Positions 1-12,795 of a stretch of DNA of 64,000 bases are shown here, piece by piece. Each line of letters begins with the position of its first letter. The first letter of the stretch is position 1. Under the pieces are notes generated by a model that saw nothing but the letters and a program-made list of their open reading frames with translations, searched no databases and was not told the DNA's origin. Source of the stretch: Octopus sinensis. Taxonomy: Eukaryota. Both the position numbers and the translations under genes were made by a program. The stretch covers positions 10,168,001 to 10,232,000 of the forward strand of contig NC_043026.1 in NCBI RefSeq assembly GCF_006345805.1, in the 5' to 3' direction.

Positions 1-463
1 CTGTATAAGCATTTTTAGAGAGTTACTTCCCTTATAAATTCGGGCTTTCTTAGCCATTTTTGTTTTGGTGTCTTCAAGCCATGAAGTCGTTGTTCTAAAA
101 GAACGCTGGTTTCCTTCACAACGCATTACGACGTTGATTTCTTTACACTCCCTTCCCCCACAGCTTCACGAGGGAGGGAAGGGGGAGAAGCAAACAGGTG
201 CAGCTGTGAGCGTGGACGCCAACTCCGCCGCCATCGACACACGATGCATTTTATGCATTAAAATGGAATAAAAAATGATGTTAAATTATTTTTAAAATCG
301 TAGACTCATCGTTGACGCGCGCTAATAGTCAGACGGGCTTGATATGAATCACGACTATAAGATACCCGAATTTGGTTAAACTGCACCGCAAAATGTGGGA
401 GGAGTTAGGAATCTAAATCGAAGGGGACAGACACTCACACAACTAGAGTTTTATATATATAGA
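1..463 (-). mobile_element. Non-autonomous Helitron (family H1), partial at window edge
   Basis: Same element as 6374-6880; 5'-TC end at 463. Confidence 0.75.
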
Positions 464-733
464 TGTATTTTATTCAAACATGAACAGGATATTTCTACAA
501 AAACAGAAAGAGAGGGAAAAACATGTCTAGGTAATACCTTATTTTCATAGAATGATTTAAGGCAGATACCACGGATGAGTTAAAATATTTGGGCCAAGCT
601 GGCAATGAATGGACCAATCAAGAGAGAAATAGAAAGGGCATTGTGAGTAGCGACGTATAACAACATCCGAGACGATGATCAATACAGCCAGGTATAAATA
701 CTCACACAAACACAGAAAGACCTCCTAACAGCA

Positions 734-1124
734 GGTGGCGAACTGGCAGAATCGTTAGCACGGCCGGCGAAATGCTTAGCGGTATTTCGTCTGTCGAGGT
801 CGACTTTGCCTTTCATCCTTTCGGGGTCGATTAAATAAGTACCAGTGTACCACTGGGGTCGATATAATCGACTTAATCCGTTTGTCTGTCCTTGTTTGTC
901 TTCTCTGTGTTTAGCCCCTTGTGGGTAGTAAAGAAATAGGTATTTCGTCTGTCGTTACGTTCTGAGTTCAAATTCCGCCGAGGTCGACTTTGCCTTTCAT
1001 CCTTTCGGGGTCGATAAATTAAGTACCAGTTACGCACTGAGGTCGAAGCAATCGACTTAATACCTATGTCTGTCTTTGTTTGTCCCCTCTGTGTTTAGCC
1101 CCTTGTGGATAATAAAGAAATAGG
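734..1124 (+). mobile_element. tRNA-derived SINE (family A) with tandemly duplicated body
   Basis: Head GGTGGCGAACTGGCAGAATCGTTAG, followed by two copies of the GAGGTCGACTTTGCCTTTCATCCTTTCGGGGTCGAT...AAAGAAATAGG body. Confidence 0.7.
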
Positions 1125-1188
1125 TATACTGTTGATTAAAGGGAGGTAAAGCAGAGCAGGTGCCCTCAGTATTTTGGTGAAAGGGTTA

Positions 1189-1363
1189 GGCATGCGCATT
1201 GAGCGTACTTCTTACTTCATGTTCATATCTGGTTTGAATGTCCTGGGCTTTGATTTCTCTTAATCAACTGATTAATACGCTAATAATACTTATAATTCAT
1301 TTTCCAACTACCAGATAGATATATATATAACAATTCTATCCTTTGTGAAACATTTCCGTAAGT
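1189..1363 (+). promoter_or_regulatory. Putative promoter motif (GGCATGCGCA, NRF1-like) + non-coding exon 1 + donor TTCC|GTAAGT at 1358; repeated in every array unit (e.g. 7605-7779)
   Basis: Homologous block with the same motif and donor lies upstream of genes C, D and E. The NRF1 consensus is YGCGCAYGCGCR. Confidence 0.6.
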
Positions 1364-1889
1364 ATTAAACAAGGAAAATATTCGTTGTTTTTGATTCTGT
1401 AGACTTTCGGTTTTTCGCGCGTCGATTCTTTGAGTCTGATTTGTGCGGGATTTGGCTGCTATTTCTAGCGGAGAAAGCTATCTCGTACAATCTCCTTCGT
1501 TGCCAGGTCAGTTTGTAGTGTTTTAGTTTGAGAAATAGTCTGGAATACACTCCAACCACTGAAATGGTCAGAAAGCGGCATAACTACAGATGTGTACCCC
1601 ATTGACTTTGTTGGCGGATAACTTTGAGAAAAAGGGATACTTTTAAACGAAATTTTCAAAATATATCGCTTAAATGCTGTATATTCAGAATATGTAGGGA
1701 TTTATGGGAACGAATTTTCCCCCCTAATAACTTTCAGAAAAACGGGAATCTTTTAATGAAAGTTTATACCTTCGGAACGGCATGGATTACGATTATATGA
1801 AGAACTTTCTGGGGAAATTGTTTTCCAAGCGATGGGGACAAGAGTATCTGATCAAGAAAAACACATGTTGGGATTTCCTAGATCATATG

Positions 1890-2625
1890 AGCTTCATTTA
1901 TTTCAAGCTAATGCATGTCCTTGGCAGTCACCGCCCATGTTTCTCTGCCATGTAGCATAGCTGTTCGCACACACGTGTCATACACTCTACCTTTCACTCT
2001 GAGTGAGAGGCCCTTTGTTACCGGCAGAGACAGGAGCTCTCTGAACTTTGCCGAGGCTATTCTTATTCTAGCAGCTACGCTCTCAGAGCACCCACCCTAA
2101 CTGCTAAATTTGTCACCAAGGTAATGGAAGCTATTAGCTACTTCTAGTTTTTCCTCCTGGCTTGTGATGGAGGCTGTTCTCTGCTCATTTTCAGTGTTTA
2201 TTGCCCCTGTGCATCTGCCACACACAATAACTATCTTCCCAGTTAACCTTCTTTTGATATTACTGCACCACTTATGTATCGAAAGCTTACACTGGGTACA
2301 TCTTATGGAGTTTCTGCCTGCACCTTTCCTACACATCGAGCAGGGCCATCTACCTGAAGGGATTTGTGATTTGTCTGCCTTCCTACTTACTAAGACTTTG
2401 GCTTTTGCTAGGTTGACTCTAAGGCCCTTCGATTCTAGATCTTGCTTTCACACCTGAAACTTCTACAGTGGTACTTCTGGGAGTGACTCAGCTATTGGAG
2501 CAAGGTCATCAGCACAAAGGATCTCTCAGGGGCAGCCTGTCTTGAATTCCTATGTTATTTCCTGGAAGACTATGATAAATAAGAGGTGGCTGAGGACTGA
2601 TCCTTGGTGGACCCCTACTCCTACC
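1890..2625 (-). mobile_element. Degenerate RTE-clade LINE reverse-transcriptase fragment (intronic)
   Basis: Minus strand encodes GVHQGSVLS.LLF, CADDL, a Cys/His insert and FHYLGD, with stops. Homologous to 42480-42940. Confidence 0.8.
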
Positions 2626-3254
2626 CAGTATAGTGATGATTTATTTACATATCTTGAGCATGCACAGCAACACAAATTATGAGATTGGGAATAACTATTC
2701 ACGAATCTCGTTTCGTGCATCAATAACTCTTCTGTTTTCTCATAAATGTTATTATTTTCATCTTACATAAAATACTTGTACAGTTTCCCTGTTATATTAA
2801 ATATCTGTACATTTCTGTATTGGAAACATTTCTTATATTACATTCATTGTTTGCATGGAATCCTGGGATGTCACTTGTTGTCACTCCAGGTTTCAATCAC
2901 AGAACACTTTCATGTTTTTGGGGGCAATTTACTTTCACTATTTTATAAGACTAAACTACATGTTAACCCAATTCTCTTTCCCCTTTTCACTTGAAAATGC
3001 AACATAACTTTCTTTTCAACCTGTTTCCATTTTTATCCAGAGACAAAAAAAACTAAACGAATCTTCAATCATTAGTAGAACTATGAAATTTACCCTGAAA
3101 TTAAGATTACAGGGTGAACAGAAAATCATGGATATAAAATGATGTGATGTTAAATTTAATAAATCCAAATATTCTGTTGTTAAGGGAAATGTTTATTTCT
3201 ACAGTTTATCTCAATAGAAATGAATCTGTATTTTTTGAGTAGCCTCTACATCTT

Positions 3255-3615
3255 ACACTGTTGTTTCTATCTGATTTCAGGACATCAGATGACATTGACA
3301 TAACGGAAGGAACATCCTCAATATCTACCATGTTTTAAGGAATAAAGGAAATTATTATACAAGACAGATGTATAGCATTGTTTCTAGAAATCTGTGGAAG
3401 AATTCCTGTGAAACATTTCTGAACATCACTGACTGAAGCATGAAGAAGAGTGGTTCCTGTTCTGATGAAACTTGGATAAATTTATGTAATTGCTGCTAGA
3501 GAAAGGTAACCCTGGACAGAAATACAGCTGTAGTAGGAGCATTAGTAAGGAATAAAGTGTAAGAAGAAAGCAGGAAAAATATTTAAACTGGGATTTGTGA
3601 GGAAAAAGAGTGGAA
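3255..3615 (+). other. Putative splice acceptor (AG ending 3280) and uORF-rich 5' leader of coding exon 2; repeated in each unit
   Basis: ttgtttctatctgatttcag|GACATC is conserved at 35353 (B), 45444 (C), 51280 (D), 60699 (E) and 63838 (F). Confidence 0.65.
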
Positions 3616-4854
3616 ATGAGTGAGAAAGGTATAGAACTGATTTCCTCTGAACCCATGACGAAAGAGGGAAGGAAATTGTCATACGAGTGTGATGTCTGTA
3701 AAAAGGTCTTTTCCCTAAAATGTAAGCTAATTTCTCACAAACGCATTCATACAAGAGAGAAACCGTTTCATTGTGAGGTCTGTGGTAAATCTTTCACTTA
3801 CAGTAGTTACGTAATTAGACACAAACGTAGTCATACAGGTGAGAAACCATATCGCTGTGATGTCTGTGGTAAATCATTCTCTCGGAGTGGTCATTTAGCT
3901 ACACATATACGTATTCATACAGGTGAGAAACCATATCATTGTGATGTCTGTGGTAACTCATTCTCTGACAGTGGTCACTTAACTGATCACAAACGTATTC
4001 ATACAGGAGAGAAACCGTATCATTGTGATATCTGTGGTAAATCATTCTCTCAGAGGAGTAACCTAACTTCACACAGACGTATTCATATGGGAGAAACACC
4101 ATATCATTGTGATATTTGTGGTAAATCATTCTCTCAAAGTTATTCCTTAACATATCACAAACGTATTCATACAGGGGAGAAGCCATATCACTGTGACATC
4201 TGTGGTAAATCATTCTCTAAAAGTGAACCCTTAAGAAATCACAAGCGTATTCATACAGGAGAGAAGCCATATCGCTGTGACATCTGTGGTAAATCATTCT
4301 CTAACAGTAGTCACTTAACTAGACATAAACGTATTCATACAGGGGAGAAGCCATATCATTGTGATATGTGTGGTAAATCATTCTCTCAAAGTTTTCAATT
4401 TACTTTACATAAACGTGTTCATACAGGAGAGAACCCATATCCTTGTGATATCTGTGGTAAATCATTCTCTGGTAATTCATCGTTAGTTACTCACAAACGT
4501 ATTCATACAGGGGAGAAGCCATTTCAATGTGATATCTGTGGTAAATCATTCTCTCGGAGTACTCACTTAACTAGACATAAGTATACCCATACAGGCGAGA
4601 ACGCATGGAAGTGTGATATCTGTGGTAAATCATTCTCTCAAAATAGTGACTTAAGGATACACATACGTACTCATACAGGAGAGAAACCGTATCATTGTGA
4701 CATCTGTGGAAAGTCATTCTCTGACAATAGTGCCTTGATTTCGCACAAGCGTGTTCATACGAAGGAGAAGCCATATTGCTGTGATGTCTGTGGTAAATCA
4801 TTCTCTAGAAGTGATCATTTAACTAAACACCGTCGTACCCATGGAAAAAAGTGA
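3616..4854 (+). CDS. C2H2 zinc-finger protein, 14 tandem fingers (gene A, copy 1)
   Basis: 14 C-x2-C-x12-H-x3-H repeats with TGEKP-type linkers. The ORF opens at GTG 3610; first ATG is 3616. No KRAB/SCAN/BTB domain is visible. Confidence 0.93.
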   Translation: MSEKGIELISSEPMTKEGRKLSYECDVCKKVFSLKCKLISHKRIHTREKPFHCEVCGKSFTYSSYVIRHKRSHTGEKPYRCDVCGKSFSRSGHLATHIRIHTGEKPYHCDVCGNSFSDSGHLTDHKRIHTGEKPYHCDICGKSFSQRSNLTSHRRIHMGETPYHCDICGKSFSQSYSLTYHKRIHTGEKPYHCDICGKSFSKSEPLRNHKRIHTGEKPYRCDICGKSFSNSSHLTRHKRIHTGEKPYHCDMCGKSFSQSFQFTLHKRVHTGENPYPCDICGKSFSGNSSLVTHKRIHTGEKPFQCDICGKSFSRSTHLTRHKYTHTGENAWKCDICGKSFSQNSDLRIHIRTHTGEKPYHCDICGKSFSDNSALISHKRVHTKEKPYCCDVCGKSFSRSDHLTKHRRTHGKK

Positions 4855-5520
4855 CTGTATCATTGTGATATCTGGTAAATCATTCTCCAAGAGTGCTTCG
4901 TCAACTACACACATATGTATTCATACTGGAGAGACACTATATCACTATGGTAAATAATTTATTTTCAGTGGGGCCATGATATTGCACAAACAGCACTAGC
5001 AACAGCCACGCCCAAATGTTGTTCTTTTTTACGTGCCACCGGCGCAAGTGCCAGTAAGGCGACACTGGTAACGATCACGCTCAAATGGTGCTTTTTACAA
5101 GGCTTAAATTCCTCACGAGAAATAACTACAAGACCCACACCAGGAATTCCATTCATCTCCCAGCTCAAAGAGGCAAGCCCCACCCTGTGCTTGACTCAAG
5201 GAGAAAAAGCAACCCCCAATATCAGCAGCGGGGCCTAATAGCATTTGCTGGTTTATCCCCACCTTATCATGTGGGTTCCTTACCCTTTTTATTAACATCA
5301 ATTCACTCATCCATCCACAAACACTCTCCAAGCTTTCCTATCATTTATAAACTCTCTTGACTCTCTCACACCATCACTGCTAACCAGCAAAGCTTTCCTC
5401 ACTCCATCCATCCACCCAGACTAAGGTCTGCCTCTGGTTCTGTTGCCTACCACCTCTGTCTTCACCCCACCTTACCATATGCTCCTCATACATGTAGCCA
5501 AACCACCTCAAGATATATGC

Positions 5521-5529
5521 ATATATATA

Positions 5530-5621
<92 letters not shown>

Positions 5622-5650
5622 AACACACATGTATATATATATATATATAT
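5521..5650. repeat. Compound (AT)n/(AC)n microsatellite; length-variable counterparts at ~11937-12073, 18358-18488, 24772-24896, 31184-31307
   Basis: Read directly from the sequence. Confidence 0.95.
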
Positions 5651-6373
5651 AAGTAATTGAGTGATACTACACACTGACTGGTCAGAATACAGTTTGCAAA
5701 ACCTAGTAATCTGGAGCCTACACAGCTGTATTTAAGGCACAGATTTAATCATCTCGCTAAAGTCAAAAGTTGTGAAGCATGACTGTCACCACTACTACGT
5801 GAACCTGAAGATTGCAGAATTTAATGCATGAAAGTACTAATTCAATCACAATGAACATCTAACATTCTATTATTTTATTTTATTTTTTTATATTATATTA
5901 TCTTATATTATATCATTATAAGATTGTAAATAAAACATGAAAACCAGACAAGGTTGGAATTCTTTTCATTAATATATATATATACACATACATATATATA
6001 TATAAATATATATATTAACCCATGCTAGCATGGAAAACGGACGTTAAACGACGGTGATGAGGAGGAGGATTATATATATATATATATACATACATACACA
6101 AACACATATTTCAAGTGCCCTATATATCTTATTTACTGATCTGACAACCCTAGTTTTGACCCATCTGCAACCAGAAAAAGGTTAAGAGGTCAATTCCTTC
6201 TCATTCACTGCCAGGTGCTGAGAGAAGAGAACAATATACCATTAATTTGATTGAGAATTAATAAAAACGTGGATTCGGTTTCAAATACGCTATGCTATAC
6301 TGTAGCTGTTCGCTACCCATTCATACAATCACGTAATCATAAGTATACGAACATGTGTAGTTTGTATAAAATA

Positions 6374-6880
6374 CTAGCAGTATCGCCCGGCGTTGCTCGG
6401 GTTTGTAAGGGAAATAACTGTATAAGCATTTTTAGAGAGTTACTTCCCTTATAAATTCGGGCTTTCTTAGCCATTTTTGTTTTGGTGTCTTCAAGCCATG
6501 AAGTCGTTGTTCTAAAAGAACGCTGGTTTCCTTCACAACGCATTACGACGTTGATTTCTTTACACTCCCTTCCCCCACAGCTTCACGAGGGAGGGAAGGG
6601 GGAGAAGCAAACAGGTGCAGCTGTGAGCGTGGACGCCAACTCCGCCGCCATCGACACACGATGCATTTTATGCATTAAAATGGAATAAAAAATGATGTTA
6701 AATTATTTTTAAAATCGTAGACTCATCGTTGACGCGCGCTAATAGTCAGACGGGCTTGATATGAATCACGACTATAAGATACCCGAATTTGGTTAAACTG
6801 CACCGCAAAATGTGGGAGGAGTTAGGAATCTAAATCGAAGGGGACAGACACTCACACAACTAGAGTTTTATATATATAGA
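6374..6880 (-). mobile_element. Non-autonomous Helitron (family H1)
   Basis: Minus strand reads A|TCTATATATA...CCCGAGCAACGCCGGG hairpin...CTAG|T: 5'-TC, 3'-CTAG, subterminal hairpin, A^T target, no TSD. Confidence 0.8.
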
Positions 6881-7150
6881 TGTATTTTATTCAAACATGA
6901 ACAGGATATTTCTACAAAAACAGAAAGAGAGGGAAAAACATGTCTAGGTAATACCTTATTTTCATAGAATGATTTAAGGCAGATACCACGGATGAGTTAA
7001 AATATTTGGGCCAAGCTGGCAATGAATGGACCAATCAAGAGAGAAATAGAAAGGGCATTGTGAGTAGCGACGTATAACAACATCCGAGACGATGATCAAT
7101 ACAGCCAGGTATAAATACTCACACAAACACAGAAAGACCTCCTAACAGCA

Positions 7151-7540
7151 GGTGGCGAACTGGCAGAATCGTTAGCACGGCCGGCGAAATGCTTAGCGGT
7201 ATTTCGTCTGTCGAGGTCGACTTTGCCTTTCATCCTTTCGGGGTCGATTAAATAAGTACCAGTGTACCACTGGGGTCGATATAATCGACTTAATCCGTTT
7301 GTCTGTCCTTGTTTGTCTTCTCTGTGTTTAGCCCTTGTGGGTAGTAAAGAAATAGGTATTTCGTCTGTCGTTACGTTCTGAGTTCAAATTCCGCCGAGGT
7401 CGACTTTGCCTTTCATCCTTTCGGGGTCGATAAATTAAGTACCAGTTACGCACTGAGGTCGAAGCAATCGACTTAATACCTATGTCTGTCTTTGTTTGTC
7501 CCCTCTGTGTTTAGCCCCTTGTGGATAATAAAGAAATAGG
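7151..7540 (+). mobile_element. SINE family A (array copy)
   Basis: Copy of 734-1124. Confidence 0.7.
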
Positions 7541-8305
7541 TATACTGTTGATTAAAGGGAGGTAAAGCAGAGCAGGTGCCCTCAGTATTTTGGTGAAAGG
7601 GTTAGGCATGCGCATTGAGCGTACTTCTTACTTCATGTTCATATCTGGTTTGAATGTCCTGGGCTTTGATTTCTCTTAATCAACTGATTAATACGCTAAT
7701 AATACTTATAATTCATTTTCCAACTACCAGATAGATATATATATAACAATTCTATCCTTTGTGAAACATTTCCGTAAGTATTAAACAAGGAAAATATTCG
7801 TTGTTTTTGATTCTGTAGACTTTCGGTTTTTCGCGCGTCGATTCTTTGAGTCTGATTTGTGCGGGATTTGGCTGCTATTTCTAGCGGAGAAAGCTATCTC
7901 GTACAATCTCCTTCGTTGCCAGGTCAGTTTGTAGTGTTTTAGTTTGAGAAATAGTCTGGAATACACTCCAACCACTGAAATGGTCAGAAAGCGGCATAAC
8001 TACAGATGTGTACCCCATTGACTTTGTTGGCGGATAACTTTGAGAAAAAGGGATACTTTTAAACGAAATTTTCAAAATATATCGCTTAAATGCTGTATAT
8101 TCAGAATATGTAGGGATTTATGGGAACGAATTTTCCCCCCTAATAACTTTCAGAAAAACGGGAATCTTTTAATGAAAGTTTATACCTTCGGAACGGCATG
8201 GATTACGATTATATGAAGAACTTTCTGGGGAAATTGTTTTCCAAGCGATGGGGACAAGAGTATCTGATCAAGAAAAACACATGTTGGGATTTCCTAGATC
8301 ATATG

Positions 8306-9041
8306 AGCTTCATTTATTTCAAGCTAATGCATGTCCTTGGCAGTCACCGCCCATGTTTCTCTGCCATGTAGCATAGCTGTTCGCACACACGTGTCATACA
8401 CTCTACCTTTCACTCTGAGTGAGAGGCCCTTTGTTACCGGCAGAGACAGGAGCTCTCTGAACTTTGCCGAGGCTATTCTTATTCTAGCAGCTACGCTCTC
8501 AGAGCACCCACCCTAACTGCTAAATTTGTCACCAAGGTAATGGAAGCTATTAGCTACTTCTAGTTTTTCCTCCTGGCTTGTGATGGAGGCTGTTCTCTGC
8601 TCATTTTCAGTGTTTATTGCCCCTGTGCATCTGCCACACACAATAACTATCTTCCCAGTTAACCTTCTTTTGATATTACTGCACCACTTATGTATCGAAA
8701 GCTTACACTGGGTACATCTTATGGAGTTTCTGCCTGCACCTTTCCTACACATCGAGCAGGGCCATCTACCTGAAGGGATTTGTGATTTGTCTGCCTTCCT
8801 ACTTACTAAGACTTTGGCTTTTGCTAGGTTGACTCTAAGGCCCTTCGATTCTAGATCTTGCTTTCACACCTGAAACTTCTACAGTGGTACTTCTGGGAGT
8901 GACTCAGCTATTGGAGCAAGGTCATCAGCACAAAGGATCTCTCAGGGGCAGCCTGTCTTGAATTCCTATGTTATTTCCTGGAAGACTATGATAAATAAGA
9001 GGTGGCTGAGGACTGATCCTTGGTGGACCCCTACTCCTACC
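8306..9041 (-). mobile_element. RTE RT fragment (array copy)
   Basis: Copy of 1890-2625. Confidence 0.8.
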
Positions 9042-10031
9042 CAGTATAGTGATGATTTATTTACATATCTTGAGCATGCACAGCAACACAAATTATGAGA
9101 TTGGGAATAACTATTCACGAATCTCGTTTCGTGCATCAATAACTCTTCTGTTTTCTCATAAATGTTATTATTTTCATCTTACATAAAATACTTGTACAGT
9201 TTCCCTGTTATATTAAATATCTGTACATTTCTGTATTGGAAACATTTCTTATATTACATTCATTGTTTGCATGGAATCCTGGGATGTCACTTGTTGTCAC
9301 TCCAGGTTTCAATCACAGAACACTTTCATGTTTTTGGGGGCAATTTACTTTCACTATTTTATAAGACTAAACTACATGTTAACCCAATTCTCTTTCCCCT
9401 TTTCACTTGAAAATGCAACATAACTTTCTTTTCAACCTGTTTCCATTTTTATCCAGAGACAAAAAAAACTAAACGAATCTTCAATCATTAGTAGAACTAT
9501 GAAATTTACCCTGAAATTAAGATTACAGGGTGAACAGAAAATCATGGATATAAAATGATGTGATGTTAAATTTAATAAATCCAAATATTCTGTTGTTAAG
9601 GGAAATGTTTATTTCTACAGTTTATCTCAATAGAAATGAATCTGTATTTTTTGAGTAGCCTCTACATCTTACACTGTTGTTTCTATCTGATTTCAGGACA
9701 TCAGATGACATTGACATAACGGAAGGAACATCCTCAATATCTACCATGTTTTAAGGAATAAAGGAAATTATTATACAAGACAGATGTATAGCATTGTTTC
9801 TAGAAATCTGTGGAAGAATTCCTGTGAAACATTTCTGAACATCACTGACTGAAGCATGAAGAAGAGTGGTTCCTGTTCTGATGAAACTTGGATAAATTTA
9901 TGTAATTGCTGCTAGAGAAAGGTAACCCTGGACAGAAATACAGCTGTAGTAGGAGCATTAGTAAGGAATAAAGTGTAAGAAGAAAGCAGGAAAAATATTT
10001 AAACTGGGATTTGTGAGGAAAAAGAGTGGAA

Positions 10032-11270
10032 ATGAGTGAGAAAGGTATAGAACTGATTTCCTCTGAACCCATGACGAAAGAGGGAAGGAAATTGTCATAC
10101 GAGTGTGATGTCTGTAAAAAGGTCTTTTCCCTAAAATGTAAGCTAATTTCTCACAAACGCATTCATACAAGAGAGAAACCGTTTCATTGTGAGGTCTGTG
10201 GTAAATCTTTCACTTACAGTAGTTACGTAATTAGACACAAACGTAGTCATACAGGTGAGAAACCATATCGCTGTGATGTCTGTGGTAAATCATTCTCTCG
10301 GAGTGGTCATTTAGCTACACATATACGTATTCATACAGGTGAGAAACCATATCATTGTGATGTCTGTGGTAACTCATTCTCTGACAGTGGTCACTTAACT
10401 GATCACAAACGTATTCATACAGGAGAGAAACCGTATCATTGTGATATCTGTGGTAAATCATTCTCTCAGAGGAGTAACCTAACTTCACACAGACGTATTC
10501 ATATGGGAGAAACACCATATCATTGTGATATTTGTGGTAAATCATTCTCTCAAAGTTATTCCTTAACATATCACAAACGTATTCATACAGGGGAGAAGCC
10601 ATATCACTGTGACATCTGTGGTAAATCATTCTCTAAAAGTGAACCCTTAAGAAATCACAAGCGTATTCATACAGGAGAGAAGCCATATCGCTGTGACATC
10701 TGTGGTAAATCATTCTCTAACAGTAGTCACTTAACTAGACATAAACGTATTCATACAGGGGAGAAGCCATATCATTGTGATATGTGTGGTAAATCATTCT
10801 CTCAAAGTTTTCAATTTACTTTACATAAACGTGTTCATACAGGAGAGAACCCATATCCTTGTGATATCTGTGGTAAATCATTCTCTGGTAATTCATCGTT
10901 AGTTACTCACAAACGTATTCATACAGGGGAGAAGCCATTTCAATGTGATATCTGTGGTAAATCATTCTCTCGGAGTACTCACTTAACTAGACATAAGTAT
11001 ACCCATACAGGCGAGAACGCATGGAAGTGTGATATCTGTGGTAAATCATTCTCTCAAAATAGTGACTTAAGGATACACATACGTACTCATACAGGAGAGA
11101 AACCGTATCATTGTGACATCTGTGGAAAGTCATTCTCTGACAATAGTGCCTTGATTTCGCACAAGCGTGTTCATACGAAGGAGAAGCCATATTGCTGTGA
11201 TGTCTGTGGTAAATCATTCTCTAGAAGTGATCATTTAACTAAACACCGTCGTACCCATGGAAAAAAGTGA
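10032..11270 (+). CDS. C2H2 zinc-finger protein, 14 fingers (gene A, copy 2)
   Basis: Translation identical to copy 1 in the ORF track. Confidence 0.93.
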   Translation: MSEKGIELISSEPMTKEGRKLSYECDVCKKVFSLKCKLISHKRIHTREKPFHCEVCGKSFTYSSYVIRHKRSHTGEKPYRCDVCGKSFSRSGHLATHIRIHTGEKPYHCDVCGNSFSDSGHLTDHKRIHTGEKPYHCDICGKSFSQRSNLTSHRRIHMGETPYHCDICGKSFSQSYSLTYHKRIHTGEKPYHCDICGKSFSKSEPLRNHKRIHTGEKPYRCDICGKSFSNSSHLTRHKRIHTGEKPYHCDMCGKSFSQSFQFTLHKRVHTGENPYPCDICGKSFSGNSSLVTHKRIHTGEKPFQCDICGKSFSRSTHLTRHKYTHTGENAWKCDICGKSFSQNSDLRIHIRTHTGEKPYHCDICGKSFSDNSALISHKRVHTKEKPYCCDVCGKSFSRSDHLTKHRRTHGKK

Positions 11271-11943
11271 CTGTATCATTGTGATATCTGGTAAATCATT
11301 CTCCAAGAGTGCTTCGTCAACTACACACATATGTATTCATACTGGAGAGACACTATATCACTATGGTAAATAATTTATTTTCAGTGGGGCCATGATATTG
11401 CACAAACAGCACTAGCAACAGCCACGCCCAAATGTTGTTCTTTTTTACGTGCCACCGGCGCAAGTGCCAGTAAGGCGACACTGGTAACGATCACGCTCAA
11501 ATGGTGCTTTTTACAAGGCTTAAATTCCTCACGAGAAATAACTACAAGACCCACACCAGGAATTCCATTCATCTCCCAGCTCAAAGAGGCAAGCCCCACC
11601 CTGTGCTTGACTCAAGGAGAAAAAGCAACCCCCAATATCAGCAGCGGGGCCTAATAGCATTTGCTGGTTTATCCCCACCTTATCATGTGGGTTCCTTACC
11701 CTTTTTATTAACATCAATTCACTCATCCATCCACAAACACTCTCCAAGCTTTCCTATCATTTATAAACTCTCTTGACTCTCTCACACCATCACTGCTAAC
11801 CAGCAAAGCTTTCCTCACTCCATCCATCCACCCAGACTAAGGTCTGCCTCTGGTTCTGTTGCCTACCACCTCTGTCTTCACCCCACCTTACCATATGCTC
11901 CTCATACATGTAGCCAAACCACCTCAAGATATATGCATATATA

Positions 11944-12040
<97 letters not shown>

Positions 12041-12795
12041 AACACACATGTATATATATATATATAATATATAAGTAATTGAGTGATACTACACACTGAC
12101 TGGTCAGAATACAGTTTGCAAAACCTAGTAATCTGGAGCCTACACAGCTGTATTTAAGGCACAGATTTAATCATCTCGCTAAAGTCAAAAGTTGTGAAGC
12201 ATGACTGTCACCACTACTACGTGAACCTGAAGATTGCAGAATTTAATGCATGAAAGTACTAATTCAATCACAATGAACATCTAACATTCTATTATTTTAT
12301 TTTATTTTTTTATATTATATTATCTTATATTATATCATTATAAGATTGTAAATAAAACATGAAAACCAGACAAGGTTGGAATTCTTTTCATTAATATATA
12401 TATATACACATACATATATATATATAAATATATATATTAACCCATGCTAGCATGGAAAACGGACGTTAAACGACGGTGATGAGGAGGAGGATTATATATA
12501 TATATATATACATACATACACAAACACATATTTCAAGTGCCCTATATATCTTATTTACTGATCTGACAACCCTAGTTTTGACCCATCTGCAACCAGAAAA
12601 AGGTTAAGAGGTCAATTCCTTCTCATTCACTGCCAGGTGCTGAGAGAAGAGAACAATATACCATTAATTTGATTGAGAATTAATAAAAACGTGGATTCGG
12701 TTTCAAATACGCTATGCTATACTGTAGCTGTTCGCTACCCATTCATACAATCACGTAATCATAAGTATACGAACATGTGTAGTTTGTATAAAATA

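Noticed and set aside
65-271. 68-aa ORF repeated in each unit, and other short array ORFs
   Set aside because: They lie within Helitron, intron or TE sequence with no domain signal; the repetition only reflects the tandem array.
3899-4801. Antisense ORFs ([18 protein letters not shown]...) opposite every ZNF gene
   Set aside because: These are shadow frames of the 84-bp finger repeat; they appear opposite any TGEKP array.
4852-4876. Stop-codon readthrough at TGA-CTG of gene A
   Set aside because: Readthrough would add only LYHCDIW before TAA; the downstream finger is frameshifted.
5100-5420. Possible Penelope-like RT relic (…AFLSFINSL…)
   Set aside because: Only faint motif resemblance with no continuous frame; needs an HMM search.
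5443-5674. IYIYIY-rich ORFs at the (AT)n tracts
   Set aside because: Translations of microsatellites, and they change between otherwise identical units.
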